NCBI GenBank assembly: GCA_040954595.2
Contig: CM082576.2
Coordinates: forward strand, 10,853,129 to 10,917,128
From: Balanoglossus misakiensis
Lineage: Eukaryota > Animalia > Hemichordata
DNA length: 64,000 nt
Reading direction: 5' to 3'
The position numbers and the translations under genes were made by a program. The notes beneath the pieces are model-generated. The model worked only from the letters and a program-made list of their open reading frames with translations, ran no database searches and had not been told where the DNA came from. Of this stretch, positions 1 through 13,432 are shown in pieces. Numbering within the stretch: position 1 is the first letter of the stretch; every line of letters starts with the position of its first letter.

Positions 1-521
1 CTTGAAGTTAATCATTGCTCGATATGGCACGTTTGATTTGGGTGTTCCGCCATTTGATGTATATTTGAACAACAAGAGAAATAAAACAACGAAAAAATAT
101 CTTCAAAAATATGTATTATGGATAACATTGATGACTTCAAGTGAATATTCTTTACAGTATACAATACGCGTTGTTTACGTTAGCCATCTTCAACAACTCG
201 ATTGATTAACAATCAACCAGTTGGCAAGGCATGTCTCGCTTTACACATCACATGACTTAAATTTGAAATTGCGTAAAATGGTAACAAAATCTTTCCTTTC
301 GCACAAATATCTAGCAAAATTAAAACAAAATATATATTGCTCAATTAATTGTAAACTTTGCAGAGATTCGAAGTTCCTTTCAGTCTTGCAGGTCGATCTC
401 CGTTGAGTTCATTTTCCGTTGAGGGAACGGTCCATGTTTGTCTCGAGTTGTCACCTCCTGGTAAAGTACACATCTTTCATTTCTCCCGACATTCCATTCG
501 CTGTGACTTCATCAGAGTATC

Positions 522-783
522 TTACAGCGCCAGCACGTAGTTAAATTTGAACGCCTGTGCCTTGGGGGCGTTGTATTCTCGGCAGGCCTCGAGAAGAAGC
601 GTGACTTCGCCATCCCGCGACCGGAATTCGAAGTTGTTTTCGCGGTGTCTGGCGGGGCTCTTCGGCAAGTGGTGGGAGTTTCTGTTCCTGGCCACGGGCT
701 CCTTGCCGTCGATCACCAATTCCTTCTTGTACCCTTTCAGCTCGTAAATCTTCACGCCCTGGTACTGTGGGTCGATGAAGCAT
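522..783 (-). CDS. Uncharacterised protein, probable last coding exon
   Basis: Acceptor cttcatttctag|A (phase 2). Encodes (R)CFIDPQYQGVKIYELKGYKKELVIDGKEPVARNRNSHHLPKSPARHRENNFEFRSRDGEVTLLLEACREYNAPKAQAFKFNYVLAL then TAA, with high GC3. The stop overlaps a possible donor CT|GTAAGA, so the gene might continue instead. Confidence 0.8.
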
Positions 784-1455
784 CTAGAAATGAAGTCGTA
801 GAAATTAAATAATACAACCGTCGATAAAATGACAACATTGTATGCTGAGGGAGTTAAACAAAGCTCAGTGAAAATGATTTCAGAGTACCCTACAACCACG
901 GGGCATGTCTGGCAATTACAATTTGGAATAAAAACGGCATCAGATAGCATTGGTTGAAATAATCGGCCAAGTTATTTTTTGTTCGCTGACTTGTGCAAAT
1001 TCCAGTTGTTATTTGGATATTCGATACAAATTTGTCCCGTTTCAGAAATGTCAAAAATTCGTTTCTTAACCTACCAAGTCGTATGAGTCAGACACGCATT
1101 TGTTTGCTGGGGTTTCTGACCCAGTCACCCGGCATAGTTTACGAGGTTCAATTTGTTTCAACATATATCAGCCTTTTGGCGGCTGAGCTGTACAGTCAAC
1201 CTTTGGATGATTCACGGCTCATATAAATACCGAACCGGTCAATTTACAAAGGTATGCTTGGGTAATTGTCGACGAGTTATAATCTCCAAATTCGCTCCCC
1301 AATACTGACGTAACGCTCAAAGACTTAATTTTTGACTACTGGCTGGCTGTACAGGACGATAGCTATAGGCAATTGTATTAATCATCAAATGAAAGTAATG
1401 GTGCGGTATATACTACACTACCAACCACTGCGGTATATACTACCACCAACACCAC

Positions 1456-1458
<3 letters not shown>

Positions 1459-1542
<84 letters not shown>
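1459..1542. repeat. (ATC)28 microsatellite
   Basis: Perfect trinucleotide run in an intron. It is preceded by a short direct duplication of tgcggtatatactac (1402-1416 and 1429-1443). Confidence 0.97.
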
Positions 1543-2024
1543 GGTAAGTGTAAAAGAGCTGGAGAGTTGATATTTAAATCTATTGCCTGAAAGTCCAGAC
1601 GTGACTGCGTACGTTGGTGGAAATCAATATCTAAACAAACGTATTTTTGAAGAGTTTTGACCTTCACCCATGCGAGATTATCAGTTCGTTAAACTGGACT
1701 TTTTCAACTGAGTACATTATAGAGCCAATAAGTTTATTTACGAGTACTGCAGTCGGTGATTAGTTAATAGAAAACGTTGTGGATAATCAATATTCTCTTC
1801 TTCTTTTCCTGGATAGGAACGGACATTTTTTTTACTGTCAGTGACAGTGGCGTAGATGAAAATTTGACAAGCTGCACGGTATCGTGGAAAATGGCAAGCA
1901 GTGTGTCCCCCAAAATATCCTGATCTCCTGGAATGACGCATGCGAGCAAAATAGCTCCATCCAAACAACACGGGAAACCGGTTTGAACCAGTCCAGCCCA
2001 ATTTAACAAATCTTAGGTGTTTAC

Positions 2025-2144
2025 CTGAAATCGTCCCCAGTTTTGCCGTATTTAAATTTGACTTCGATTGATCCTCTGGCGTTGGTCCATAACAGATAAC
2101 CCCTGTCGGCCGTCAGTTCAACCATATCGACTGGGTGGAAACCG
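2025..2144 (-). CDS. Uncharacterised protein, internal 120 bp coding exon
   Basis: Strong acceptor ttttcttttcttgcag|C and donor AG|GTAAAC, phase 2-2. Encodes (R)GFHPVDMVELTADRGYLLWTNARGSIEVKFKYGKTGDDF(R), in frame with both neighbours. Confidence 0.8.
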
Positions 2145-5100
2145 CTGCAAGAAAAGAAAACACGCAAACATGAGAGGCTGGGAAACGTTACGGGTCTACA
2201 TTGCACGTAGTTATCAACACGGATACTAATAAATGTCTTTTCAACGACTGCGGGAACTTTGCCGACCTTTGAGTAATTTCGCAGCACTCGGGGATTAGAT
2301 TTGTTTTGATATTAAGTGCAAGTCGATGAGTCTTAACTCGAATTTCATACCAGGTGCTAGTGCGGGGCAGTAGAAAAAATCCACAGTCGTCACACTTAAT
2401 TCCCCTTTCTTAAAAATTCCTGGTGGTTAATAAACTGGAAAAACAACGATAAATTTGCCCCACGATATCCCCCTGATGTAATGTACACCGAGACGACATG
2501 CACAGAATCCGTCGGGGTGCTCAATCCATCTTCCGCAATCGAGATTCATATTTTATTTCTATTGATCAAAAATGGACATGTTATCGCGGGTCTGGGACTA
2601 CTTTCCCCCAAAGTCAACAACTCGCGCCGATAGTATTAAAACTTTGCTGGTTCTCAACGAAAACATCAAATAGCTAGCTCAGCGGACCAGAGAATTCCCT
2701 CCAACTGTATATAGATATTTGCCGCGCCGCAAACGAAGCATGTACAAAGCAAACAAATAAGCCGTTTCTAAGAAGAAGATTCTTAGACACAACCGCTGTC
2801 GATGCCGAAATATAGAATCACATTACAGAGGCCTGAGAAAGTTTAACTACGCCTGTATTTAAAAGTTTTTCATAGTATGAATCTTGCAGAGCCGGGTGCG
2901 TAGCAAAACAGCGTAGCCATGGGCGACCGCTGTGACGTCATTTAAGACACCAAATAACCATTGACGTAGCAAAATCTCGGTGCTTGTTGTCTCTTGGAAC
3001 GGTTGGCAAAATGACAAAAAGCACCATATGGTTGCAATATGTGTTTCTATGGTGACCATGATACCAGTGAGACCAACGCTTCGCAATGTAGGATATACTG
3101 ACCAAGTCATTGGTTTTTATACCGATATAACGTTACTGACGTCATTTTTGCGTACAAAGACACATTAAAGGACCTGTATTCTGGACATATCCTGAACAGG
3201 AACAAGTGACGACTCCCATACGATGGTGCACATTTCAACGCGCAGAACGAAATCAAACAGCTTTTCTGAAAATAACCAATATATCAGGCGTATAAGACCT
3301 TTTATGTCAGGAGACGCAGACCACCCCTGAAAATAACCAATGCCAATCCAGTTATTTGCTGGACGAACTTTAGTAAGACTTCTCCGACTCACTACATTGC
3401 GGATTAAATAAAGTAATAAAGTGCATCGCGCGCCGTTTTGGTATTTCACTTAATTTTCCCGATGACAGCATGCTGCTTTTCTCGACTCGGACGAGGTCGT
3501 CTTTTAATTTTACCTTGCAATATATCAAATGACACAAGGCCGACCACTATATATATATATTGCTTGTTCGTCTTTATTTTGAGAATATCAATTTCTATCC
3601 CTCACTCGGGCCTCCTCTTCCCCATCATTGGAGTAAAGATTGGTCTACGTTCGCTCTCACGTATAGTTGAGCCTTTGAAGGAACGTGCCTGTGTGTTTAC
3701 AATGACCCCGAGCAGACATTTCTGTGTGCCAGGATGACCCACACATGGTTAAAACGCGCAATAATCTGTTAAAAGTGGCTTTAAGAGTTTAAAAGTGGCT
3801 GGCCTTCAAGACCTGTATAGCTTTCAAATGGCATTTCGCAGCCTTTGGTGTTGTCCGTCGAAATGTACGCCCGGATTACAGATGATGCGCGGAGGAACTT
3901 CAAAAAGAAATCAGAGATGATAATCGCGTGAAATGATTAACTGCACTTGTTGGTCATGAAAAGTCAATGACGTCTTGCCTGGGGCACAATTTACAAGTGT
4001 CATCATTACGTCGTCATGTACGCAGCGACGGTAATCTCTGCGCCCTTGTGTCGCATATGTTGTTTGCCCTGGGACGAGGCTGAATATAATGGGTTTTCTG
4101 ATCTGGTCCATTAGTCTTCTGTAGCTGTTTTCTGTAAATGTTTTTCTCATTCGGGGAATTGATTGATTTCCGGAAACAACTGAACACAGTAGTATGATAT
4201 TATCGGGCAGCTCAATGCGTTGCAGATGCGACGCGGGCGAGGGTTTGCGACGTGTGGCAGCTATCAATACAGCGATAACACTATCTCATCCAGTCTGTTC
4301 AATAACATGACGATCCAGAGTCGGAGCATAGCCATCTGTACATCCCTACACTTGTTTATTAGTCAATTCCAGTGCCAAATCTATTGACCCAGTGGAGACT
4401 ATGTCATTGAAAGTGACTTATTACTTCGGCACTTTCAGTTTTCTGCATGCTATAAACTTACTGCTTGACTTTGACCACAAAATAATTTCAATGGCGGAAG
4501 GACCAAAACCCTCACAACTGCAGTATCGGAAAAGGGGTGTTAACGCGATAAAAGTCTAAGGTACTATTTCTGTTACGAATAAAGTGGCCACGTGGGTTAC
4601 GATCAAGTCGCAGCTGAAGCAAAGTATGCAAGTGAAGCCGAAGACATGAATGGAATGCATCCTATAGAACTCATCATTGCGCTATAATTTAAACTCACAA
4701 TACAATTGATTTTGAAATAGTGACACATAAACAGACTTTATAGTCGCACTTTTCGTTTTATGTTGCCTGTTATAATACTTTAAAGAGTAACTGCGACATT
4801 TTCTACTCAAGAAAAGACCGGACTGGGTTCTTAAGATGTGCCAATACCGACTCTGAATAGAGTGGTCAACACAACGTCTAAAGACATTTTTGGGTTTAAA
4901 AAGTGAATTGTGCGTAGGCCAATCACTGGCCGTGCCGTGGGAATTTCAATATATATAAACAATGCACCTTTTGTCTCACTGTGCACGCACGGAGGTGTTT
5001 ATTGGAAAACAAGATGTCAGATCAGCTGTACATTGCATACTAGTACAATGTATACACATATACACCTATCAAGAACTGCATACCGATCACTCAAAAAATG

Positions 5101-6228
5101 CTCAAGGACGATTCCCTGCGGGGATGCTTTTTGCGATTATGTAAAGGACAGGGAAGTGTCCCCGGAAAAAACACACATGATCGATATCACTGTATTCACC
5201 CGAGACGGGCTCAAACAACAGGGAAACAGGCAATTCCTAGCGGGAGACTGTTTCCACACAATTGAGGACACGTCTTGCGCACTGATATGCTATATTAACA
5301 GTCCGTTCAACTGGAATTTCAGGGTATGCACGATGAACGACAAAACATCCAACAGAAACCCGCAGGCATGCGGAGGTGTCTGGGTGGCCACGTCAACAGA
5401 TTTGCAACACTGCATGCTTTCAATCTCTGATTTTTCGGAAATTATTCCAAGGATTGCTAGTCTACATCACCTTTGAAACAAAATAGATTCGCCATTTTCC
5501 AGTGAGTTATCAGTTTTCACTAACTAATTGTCATATATCTTATTTTGGTAGAAGTCTGTCAATGATTGCTCAATAGAAAACAGACGTTTTTCATTAAATG
5601 TTTTTCATTAAATGCGAACTTAGAAACATTTGACATCGGGATTCCACTAGCATAAACTCCCTCCCCACCCACCGCTCTCTCTTCCTGTTCATTTCGATCC
5701 CCCTCTCCCCTTTCTTTCCCTCCCCCCCCTCTCTCTCTCTCTCGTCTGCTGCTATCAAATACCCTTACTGCACATTAAGAAACAGAAACTTCAAGAGGAA
5801 ATTTGACAAATGAGAAATCTTACGTCTGCATCTCCTCATCCATCATTTCAAACAACAAATGTTTGTATTGCATGTCTACCGATGGCGTTATGGGTAATCC
5901 GCCAATCACGAATCGCGCGTGCAGAGTTGCGGTCAGGGGAATTGAGCAGACCCTAACATCTGACCACATTTCACGCTGCCTCTGGGACCAGCCACACAAA
6001 ATATCTTAAAGGAACCAACCGAATGTAGTAGATACGCTGGTATTAAACCAGTGAAAATTTCTAGATTCGACTTAATAAAAGCTGAGAAGACATCTATGCG
6101 AGGTATACACTGCGTGTTAGGAATGCAGAGACTGCCCAGGGGTGTCTGAATCGCTGCCTGTATATAACGGAATACATGTACATGTCTGTAATACATGTAT
6201 GTACTTTTTTCAATCTCAAGGAACCTAC

Positions 6229-6455
6229 CGCTCCTCTTTCGCCCTGGCCAGCAGCCTGTGCGGAGAATCGACGATCTTGGTGACGTCGCCGCAGCGGATT
6301 ATGATCCGGGTGTCTTTTTCCCACACCACGTCGCTCAGATAGCTGAAGTCCAGGGCGATGCTGAAGAATCCGTGTCGCTCCCTGCGATACGGGTTGCCGC
6401 GGTACCCTTCCTTCTTGTACGGTTGCAAGTACGTGGCTGTCATGTTTGCACTTTT
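6229..6455 (-). CDS. Uncharacterised protein, internal coding exon (could also start at ATG 6443)
   Basis: Acceptor tttttttaaag| (phase 0). Encodes KSANMTATYLQPYKKEGYRGNPYRRERHGFFSIALDFSYLSDVVWEKDTRIIIRCGDVTKIVDSPHRLLARAKEE-R with strong GC3 codon bias. Donor CG|GTAGGT is phase 2. The 5' boundary is less certain (alternative AG giving a start at 6450). Confidence 0.8.
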
Positions 6456-9437
6456 CTTTAAAAAAATAGTCTCGCTGCAAAAATTGACTGGTTGGTTTCC
6501 AAGAAGATTTAAATTAAACCACAGGACTCGAACGCACTCTAGCTTCTGGGTCTATCCGCCCGGATGCCGATGCATTTATGCTCCTCTGCGCGCGAGCTCG
6601 CCTGCTCTGGCCTCTCGCTTTTCTATATATGTACGCAACGGACACTGACCGAGGGAGGTCCCTGCAAACGCATCGCTATCCCAGTTATCAATAAGATGTG
6701 CTCTTTCAATAAACATTTGCATTCCCTCTAGAAATATCAGAATGTTTCCTTCGAGTCGCTGCATTTACAAGTGGGATAGCAACCGTCAGGCGTAATTACC
6801 AGCAGATTATAACTGTAATTTTCATCTGATGAAAAATGAGTTTCGGCTTCAACCGATAGCGACCCGAAGATTTCTCCCCAACACCTGTCACGCAGCATAG
6901 GCATAATGCTTTTACAGTTTGCATATGCACGATAAGATTACAGCTGAGCGGTAGAATCTGCTTCGTTTTATTCCTACACACTGATTTCATCCGAATCTAA
7001 AGGGAGGCCTGAGTCACGGCGTATCCTGTTTACTGCAAGAAAATCAGGAAATTTTGCCCCCAAGTTCTTTGCGATGTATAAGATGTGTTTGTTCTACAAG
7101 ACAACAAAATGAATACATGTAGTCCGATCCGTCCATCCAATTTCACCGTCAATGGCAAATGTTAATTCTGAAAACTTCAGAAAAAATCATAACGTTTGGT
7201 AACGTTTTGATTATGCAGAGGGGTTAACGGGTGTATCATGGTAATTGTTATTTCTGACCTGTTACCAAGTGAACCAAACATCAATGACACATTTATGTGT
7301 GCACAAACGATATTTTGGCGCATGACTTGAAATTGATATCGCGATCAAAACACAGGGGGGATTTGTGGCTTTAAGCTCACATTTTTTTCTGACGTGTATG
7401 AAAGATCGGATTAATTTCTTGATAGCAGTACTGTTACACATCTAGACGTTTTTCTAACCGAGGGGAAAGTGAAGACAACGTTTGTGTCATAAAATCTCAG
7501 CCCGAGAAAGATAAATGCTAGTGTCAATGGTCCGGTGACATTTATCGCTATGACGTACATGAAACATTGGTTAATGTGTTACAAGAAAAATAGTGGTAGT
7601 GATTATTGTCATTGGTAAAACGATTGCCACAATAACAAATGAGTATTGTCGTAATTGGCGTGAGAACATTTCTCATCTTACCGACTCAAAATAAACGGAG
7701 GAGTGAACTCATACATGTAACTCCATTAAAAAGATAAAATACTGTCTTCAAGGTCAATGCTGACATGTTAACCGGGGCAAGATAACATTGAGAGCACTTG
7801 GCCTAATTTATCATCATACTGTCAGAGTTGTATTCATTACATGGACTGACACTGTCTGATATGGGGTTTCATCGAATATCGGTATCGCACAACACAATAT
7901 CCTGCTGTCTTGTAGACAGACTATACATGATAGAGTCTCTCGTACTCTTCTTTATCCAGTGCCTGTCACAAGGGGTTGCCATAGGTACTAACGCGCGTGA
8001 ATTCGGTGTTTTTAGCAGCCGAGCGTCGAAGGACGTCGAAGTTGCTTGGTCACCGCGTACAAAAAGCGAAAGCCCATAATTAGACCAAGATTTGTGAAAA
8101 ATGAGCCGCGACGATTTTTCCTTCTATTAAAAGTCACTTCACATGTAAAAAAGAAACAATAATGTACTTTCTACGTGACGGGCTATGATGGAACACACGA
8201 AGTTGCCGACAAGCTCTTATCATAACGTTCGGCGCGATTATGGAGTAAAGTTCATCGGCCCCTCTATAAAAATCTGGAAATTTTCAGCCTATTCCGTATC
8301 GCCAGTGTGATAACTTGTGATAACAGCGTTCTCTGGTGTCATTTCCTTTCCCCTTGCGTCAACGACACCATTGTGGTTAAACCCCCCAAATTTGAAATGG
8401 ATGTTATGTGGAGAGAGGAGAAGTTGCCGAAAAAATTGTCTCTTGTGCAAGTTTATTTACACTAAAATTTGTCTGTTAAATATATTCAAAACCACTGTAT
8501 AATGGATGCTATTAAAGTTTTATCATCATATGGTATAGCCTACATGTTGTTTCTTCATTTTGTTTTCACCGTGGGGCAAAACTACTACCAGGCCACATGC
8601 TTGACAAATCCCCTCGCGGCCAAGGTGAACATCGAATAAAGGCACAGAATGTGTTAAAATCCAAGGCGCAAATGTCAAAATTTGGAACCAATCAAGAAAA
8701 ACGAGAGTATCCCGTGGGATGGAAGACGATGCCCGGAACAGCAACGAGACCTTGCCTTTAACTGCTGGCACTGCGCGGCTTTTAATGGGAAATTCATTTA
8801 TCGCTAAAGATGTAAACAGATTTGTAATAAGTACGACAGTTGGGAATCAGTTACGCTCGGCTGCAGGGAACTGCAAGGACGCAACCTGTCTTTGTAAACA
8901 TTTGTTGAAACAGTTCCATCACCGGCGCGTGCCCTCCATCAATGCGTATACGTCAGAATCGCGTCAGCCTTTTGAGTAGAACCCACCAGCCCTAGAGCCT
9001 CGGCACAAGTTCTGAGAAAAAGACAGAATTTATTGCAGTTGTGCATAGAGTTACTCAGACTGATATAAAACAAAAAAGGACGTCAAAATGTTACTTTTAT
9101 GAGAATAACCTATGATCCAATCTGGTGTTGTGATGGAGTTAATGTAATACCTGATATCGTGCTTGAAGTTATCACCCAGTGAGTCATCACTGCGCGAAGT
9201 GTGCGGGCCAGGTCAGAGGTCAAAGGCGGACCTAAAAGAGCTCTGTAAATCGATAATGTGATACGGGTTTACATCATTTATACTGACACCACGATATGAA
9301 AGACGAAATCGGGGAAAATACGATCCTTATGTTGCAGTTCTGTTTACGCGGTCAGCCGTGCATGACACTAGACCCCCCCCCCCCCCACAAAAGACGAGAT
9401 ATTCTTCAGCGTTAGGTCCCTGTACTCTCAAATTTAC

Positions 9438-9621
9438 GTGCAGTTGATTGCGAGAAAGAATCGAGGAGATTTGATTCAAGGAATTAAGGGAAGCTAAGTC
9501 AATATAAACGAAAGCTGTGATTTTCGAGTGATTTTGAACAGATGGCAAACGCACTTCTTCGATAAGGCAATAGCCGCTGTCGTAAACTTTGATGCATTTA
9601 GGAAAATCCATTTCAAGAAAT
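9438..9621 (-). CDS. Candidate internal exon of the uncharacterised gene
   Basis: Acceptor attttcctag|A (phase 2) and donor CAC|GTAAAT (phase 0) bound 184 open bp (FLEMDFPKCIKVYDSGYCLIEEVRLP...SRNQLH). This bridges the phase-2 donor at 23844 to the phase-0 acceptor at 6455. AT-rich codon use weakens the case. Confidence 0.35.
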
Positions 9622-12600
9622 CTAGGAAAATATAACTCTGAATCAAACAAACAAACAAACAACCAATCAATCAATCACGCCATCCATACATCCGACGAAG
9701 AAATCGTCTGTTAACTCTAAAATATGTAAATGACCCATTCCGGCCTGAAGTCCAGGGTCACGCGTCTGCGATGTACTTTACAGGAGCAATCACTCATCGC
9801 GGGGAATGTTTTCTCTCTCGCCATTGAGACTTTGGCAGCTTTCTCTTTGATCATCTGTCAGTTAGATGGAATTGAACGTGCTTGATTGAAAATTTAAGCA
9901 ACTGAACAACAACACACACGCCTGCGTACTTGACCTACAAGCAGGTCGTACAATATGGGTTGAGAGAGGACATCCATGACAGCTCAGAACAAGAGTTATG
10001 AAAACTGAAAGTTCTTCCCGGGAGTTGTGAGTATAGATTTTCATTTCTTCTTAGAAGTTACCCCCTTCGCTTCAGCCCCTAACGACAGTGCAGTGCTGTT
10101 TGAAAACTTAATGGCATTGTTTGTTATACAACATGGTGATTTCAATCGTTCAAATGTAATGCAATATTCCATCATGTATCTCCCGAGAACATTATATTCA
10201 TGTTAATAAAAAATCCGGATCATAGATAAGTCTTGTGTAAACAACGTATTAGCGCGCACATATTATAGAAACCGCCTGAGGTAGGTAACTGCAGAGGTTA
10301 CACATATCTTAGGCATGACGTAAGTTATTGAGAGAAAAAAATATAGTCCCACAAGACCTTGTGAACGTTTTAACAAGAGCTGAAATTTCGTCAAGAAGTT
10401 TAATTTGTTAATGTTGTAAAACGTTTCTTGTATTTTGTGATCAACAGGCCCAATGAGCACAAATGGGATTTTTTTGTAACGAAAAATGCAGTCGATAGGT
10501 CAGCTACCTCTGTATGTTTGTTTCAGCTTGTAATATTCCCTGACATTTCAACTCTTCGCGTGTTTAGACATCCCTCCCGGGGGTATGTGTGAGTCAGAGT
10601 GTTCGTGTACTTATGTTTGATTCTCGGACGTGCACGCATGTGCGGGAAGATACATTCCAAACTATTGAACAAACGAATCGAAATTCTTGTCACAACCCGC
10701 ACTAACAAAGTTCACATAACGTTTTCCGCGACACTACAGAGGGAGAGAACCTGTTTTGCACACTTCAAATTTCAACAGTTGGGTTGGAAACAACACGATC
10801 GATAGCAGCGCACTTGCGAAGAAGGCGAGAACGCCCCTTACGGGAAGTTTTCGGCACCTGTTGTGTTTACTGGTGTGTGTGGTAAAAACAAAGTATTGGT
10901 GCAATGGTTGCAATTGGGGGCGCAGTCATCATCTAATAGAAAACCGTGCGGTTGCGTCAAAATTTCTCCAACATCTGAGTAGTTCTAGTGCGCCTCCTAG
11001 CGGAGAACTCACCACTTTTTTTAACTTTCACCAAATACGAGTTGCAACAGCGCCCTCATATCAGTTACTAAAGAATTTTGGTGTGGTTGAGTCACTCTTT
11101 AGACACACTATTTTTTCTATTGTTTATATCAATTCGCATCGGTTCAGGATCACCATTATCGAAGACGGCATCGCGTAATTAATCCCGATAATTTAAAATT
11201 ATCGCGTAATAAATTCCCAATCACACTTTGATGTAACTGACGCGAAATGGCTTACATACAGCGTTTTTAAATGGCTCTATCATACACGCATTCTCCGAAT
11301 ACAAGACGGCACTAACCGTCTTAAATTACCCCATTAATTCCCGTGTTATAGTACTGTACAATAGTCATGATACTTCTAGGTCATCGAAATATGTCATTCC
11401 TGGGTTATGTATTCAGGAACACTACAAGTCTTTTAAAATCAAGTCTCTGATATATACACCAAAATAGCGGGAAGGCCAATGTGCCCCAGTTTTTGACCAA
11501 AACTGACTCACCAAAATACAACATTGATAACTTTTTCGCAATAACTTGACGCATCGCAGTTAGAAAATCCATGGGCCAATAATATTCCATTTGCGAACTC
11601 TAAACGCATGTTAGAAGAAAAAACATGGACATTTGTCTGTCACAAAAAAATGTTGTAGTGTAACGTCGAATGATGTATGATGTCATACCAACAAAACACC
11701 AGGATGTAAGGTCACTTAGGGGGTCATTAAAAGTGACCCGGCGAAAGTTACTCAACGCGCATACTGGGCTCACTGCCAAGCTTTTGATTGAAATTGACGC
11801 GTTACAGAAATGCGCTCACGGCAACTTATCACCAGAACGCCCGTCAGATAAAATGTTCCACCGCGATCACTGGTCCTGATTCCCGTGATACCTGTTTTGC
11901 TATTCTCCTCACGTCTGATACCGTGACTCCGTTGGTTGTTAGTTTTACCATAGACAGTCTATGGTTTTACGACACATTACAATGTATATAAACCTCCGGG
12001 TAGCCTGGTGGCATCATAGACAGTCTGTGATGGCATATCCTGTGGGACTGTGCCTCCAACATATAGTTCGTATAGCCAGAAACGGGTAGAACATACACCG
12101 GATTCATGCATAGCATAGCATAGTATAGCATAAAAGTGCTATCAGCCACTTGTCAGTCATGTGACAAACTAGGGGCAGGGTATAGGTTAGTACTGTAGAT
12201 GTTTGAATTGACCTACGTGTAACTTGTACGGCTACACACTGACGACACATAGGCATCGTATAACATTGACGAGTTAAGTTCTTCACAGTTGTCTGACATC
12301 TGTGCATCAACGAACTCTTTTTTTCGCTGAATCATGCATTTTTGTCGGGAAAAATCGATCTCCACGCCCAAAAATAACCAACACGCGACTGGCCTTCGGA
12401 TATGCATTTAAAACGTTGTACCGGGAAAGGCGGTGGTCCCTTACAAGTTCAACTTCCTCAAACATGCTAACGTGTTCCCGTCAGTGTTAAAACCTTGTCG
12501 TCTTATTTGATATTTTTTGTCGGATTTTGCATTGCCTGGTGTATGTTGTCTCGTTTATGGTCATGCCCTTACAGATACCAGTACTTGAAACAACTGTCCT

Positions 12601-13330
12601 GTCCTGCAGGCATGACACGACCAATATGCGATCAGGTAATAGCATGAAAATACCACCATGGGATCTTTACATGCACATTGAACCATTCTGCGTTCGCATC
12701 TGCAACCGCATTTTGCTTGAAATCGCTGAACTTCTTGTTTTAGTCAACACTCCAAATTGTTTATTTTCAGTACCCTATAAGGTTTTAACCTGTCGCGTTC
12801 AACTGTGAGGGCATCTCACCGTAAGCGTGGGGTGTGTTGACATAACTGAAATGCCTGGAGAGAGGGCACGGTGATTTCTCAGTCATGTGTTGAGTATTCA
12901 AGGGGCAATGACTTCGCTTCAGTTTAAGCCGGCTGCGTAATTTCTTTATATTGACATTAAAACTGTTCGCCGGTATTCTGATGATTTATGTCTACGTTAT
13001 ATGGACAGTAGCGGTAACTTCTGATAAGTTTCTGGTATTTTTATTTGGTGCATCCAAGCACAGTTTCTTGTCGGACACACTTTAGAGAACGTTTAAGCGC
13101 CCAGAACTGGGTCTTGAAAAATGGCACGGGAACAGAGACAACAAAATCTGTAATCATACTACGGGGAACCGAGACAACTGACCGATTTGGGTGTGGGTTT
13201 TTATTGTTGATGCTGTTGTTGTTGTTTGAAATTGAAGAACATATGGAAGTCTAGTAATTATATTGTTATTTTACTATTATTTACAACGTCAACGATGTGA
13301 TTGAAACAACAACAATTTGGTTGTGTATAC

Positions 13331-13365
13331 GACAGCAGCAACAACGGCGACGACGGCAACAACAA

Positions 13366-13397
<32 letters not shown>

Positions 13398-13432
13398 ACA
13401 ACAACAACAACAACAACAACAATAACAACAAC
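13331..13432. repeat. Compound trinucleotide microsatellite (CAG/CGA/AAC/ATC/AAC)
   Basis: In-register succession of related trinucleotide units, seen directly. Confidence 0.9.

Noticed and set aside
1332-1667. Poly-His and poly-Met ORFs, with a GGTAAGT donor-like site right after the repeat
   Set aside because: These are translations of the (ATC)28 microsatellite inside an intron of the minus-strand gene. I found no supporting acceptor or partner exons.
4910-5476. 188 aa plus-strand ORF
   Set aside because: Non-ATG start, no codon bias, no recognisable motif; antisense within an intron.
6094-6480. Alternative-frame 128 aa ORF over the 6.3 kb exon
   Set aside because: Shadow frame of a GC3-rich exon. 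The other frame matches the splice phases of the downstream exons.
11947-11965. Short 9 bp-stem palindromes (also 11186-11204)
   Set aside because: Too short to separate from chance or repeat debris.
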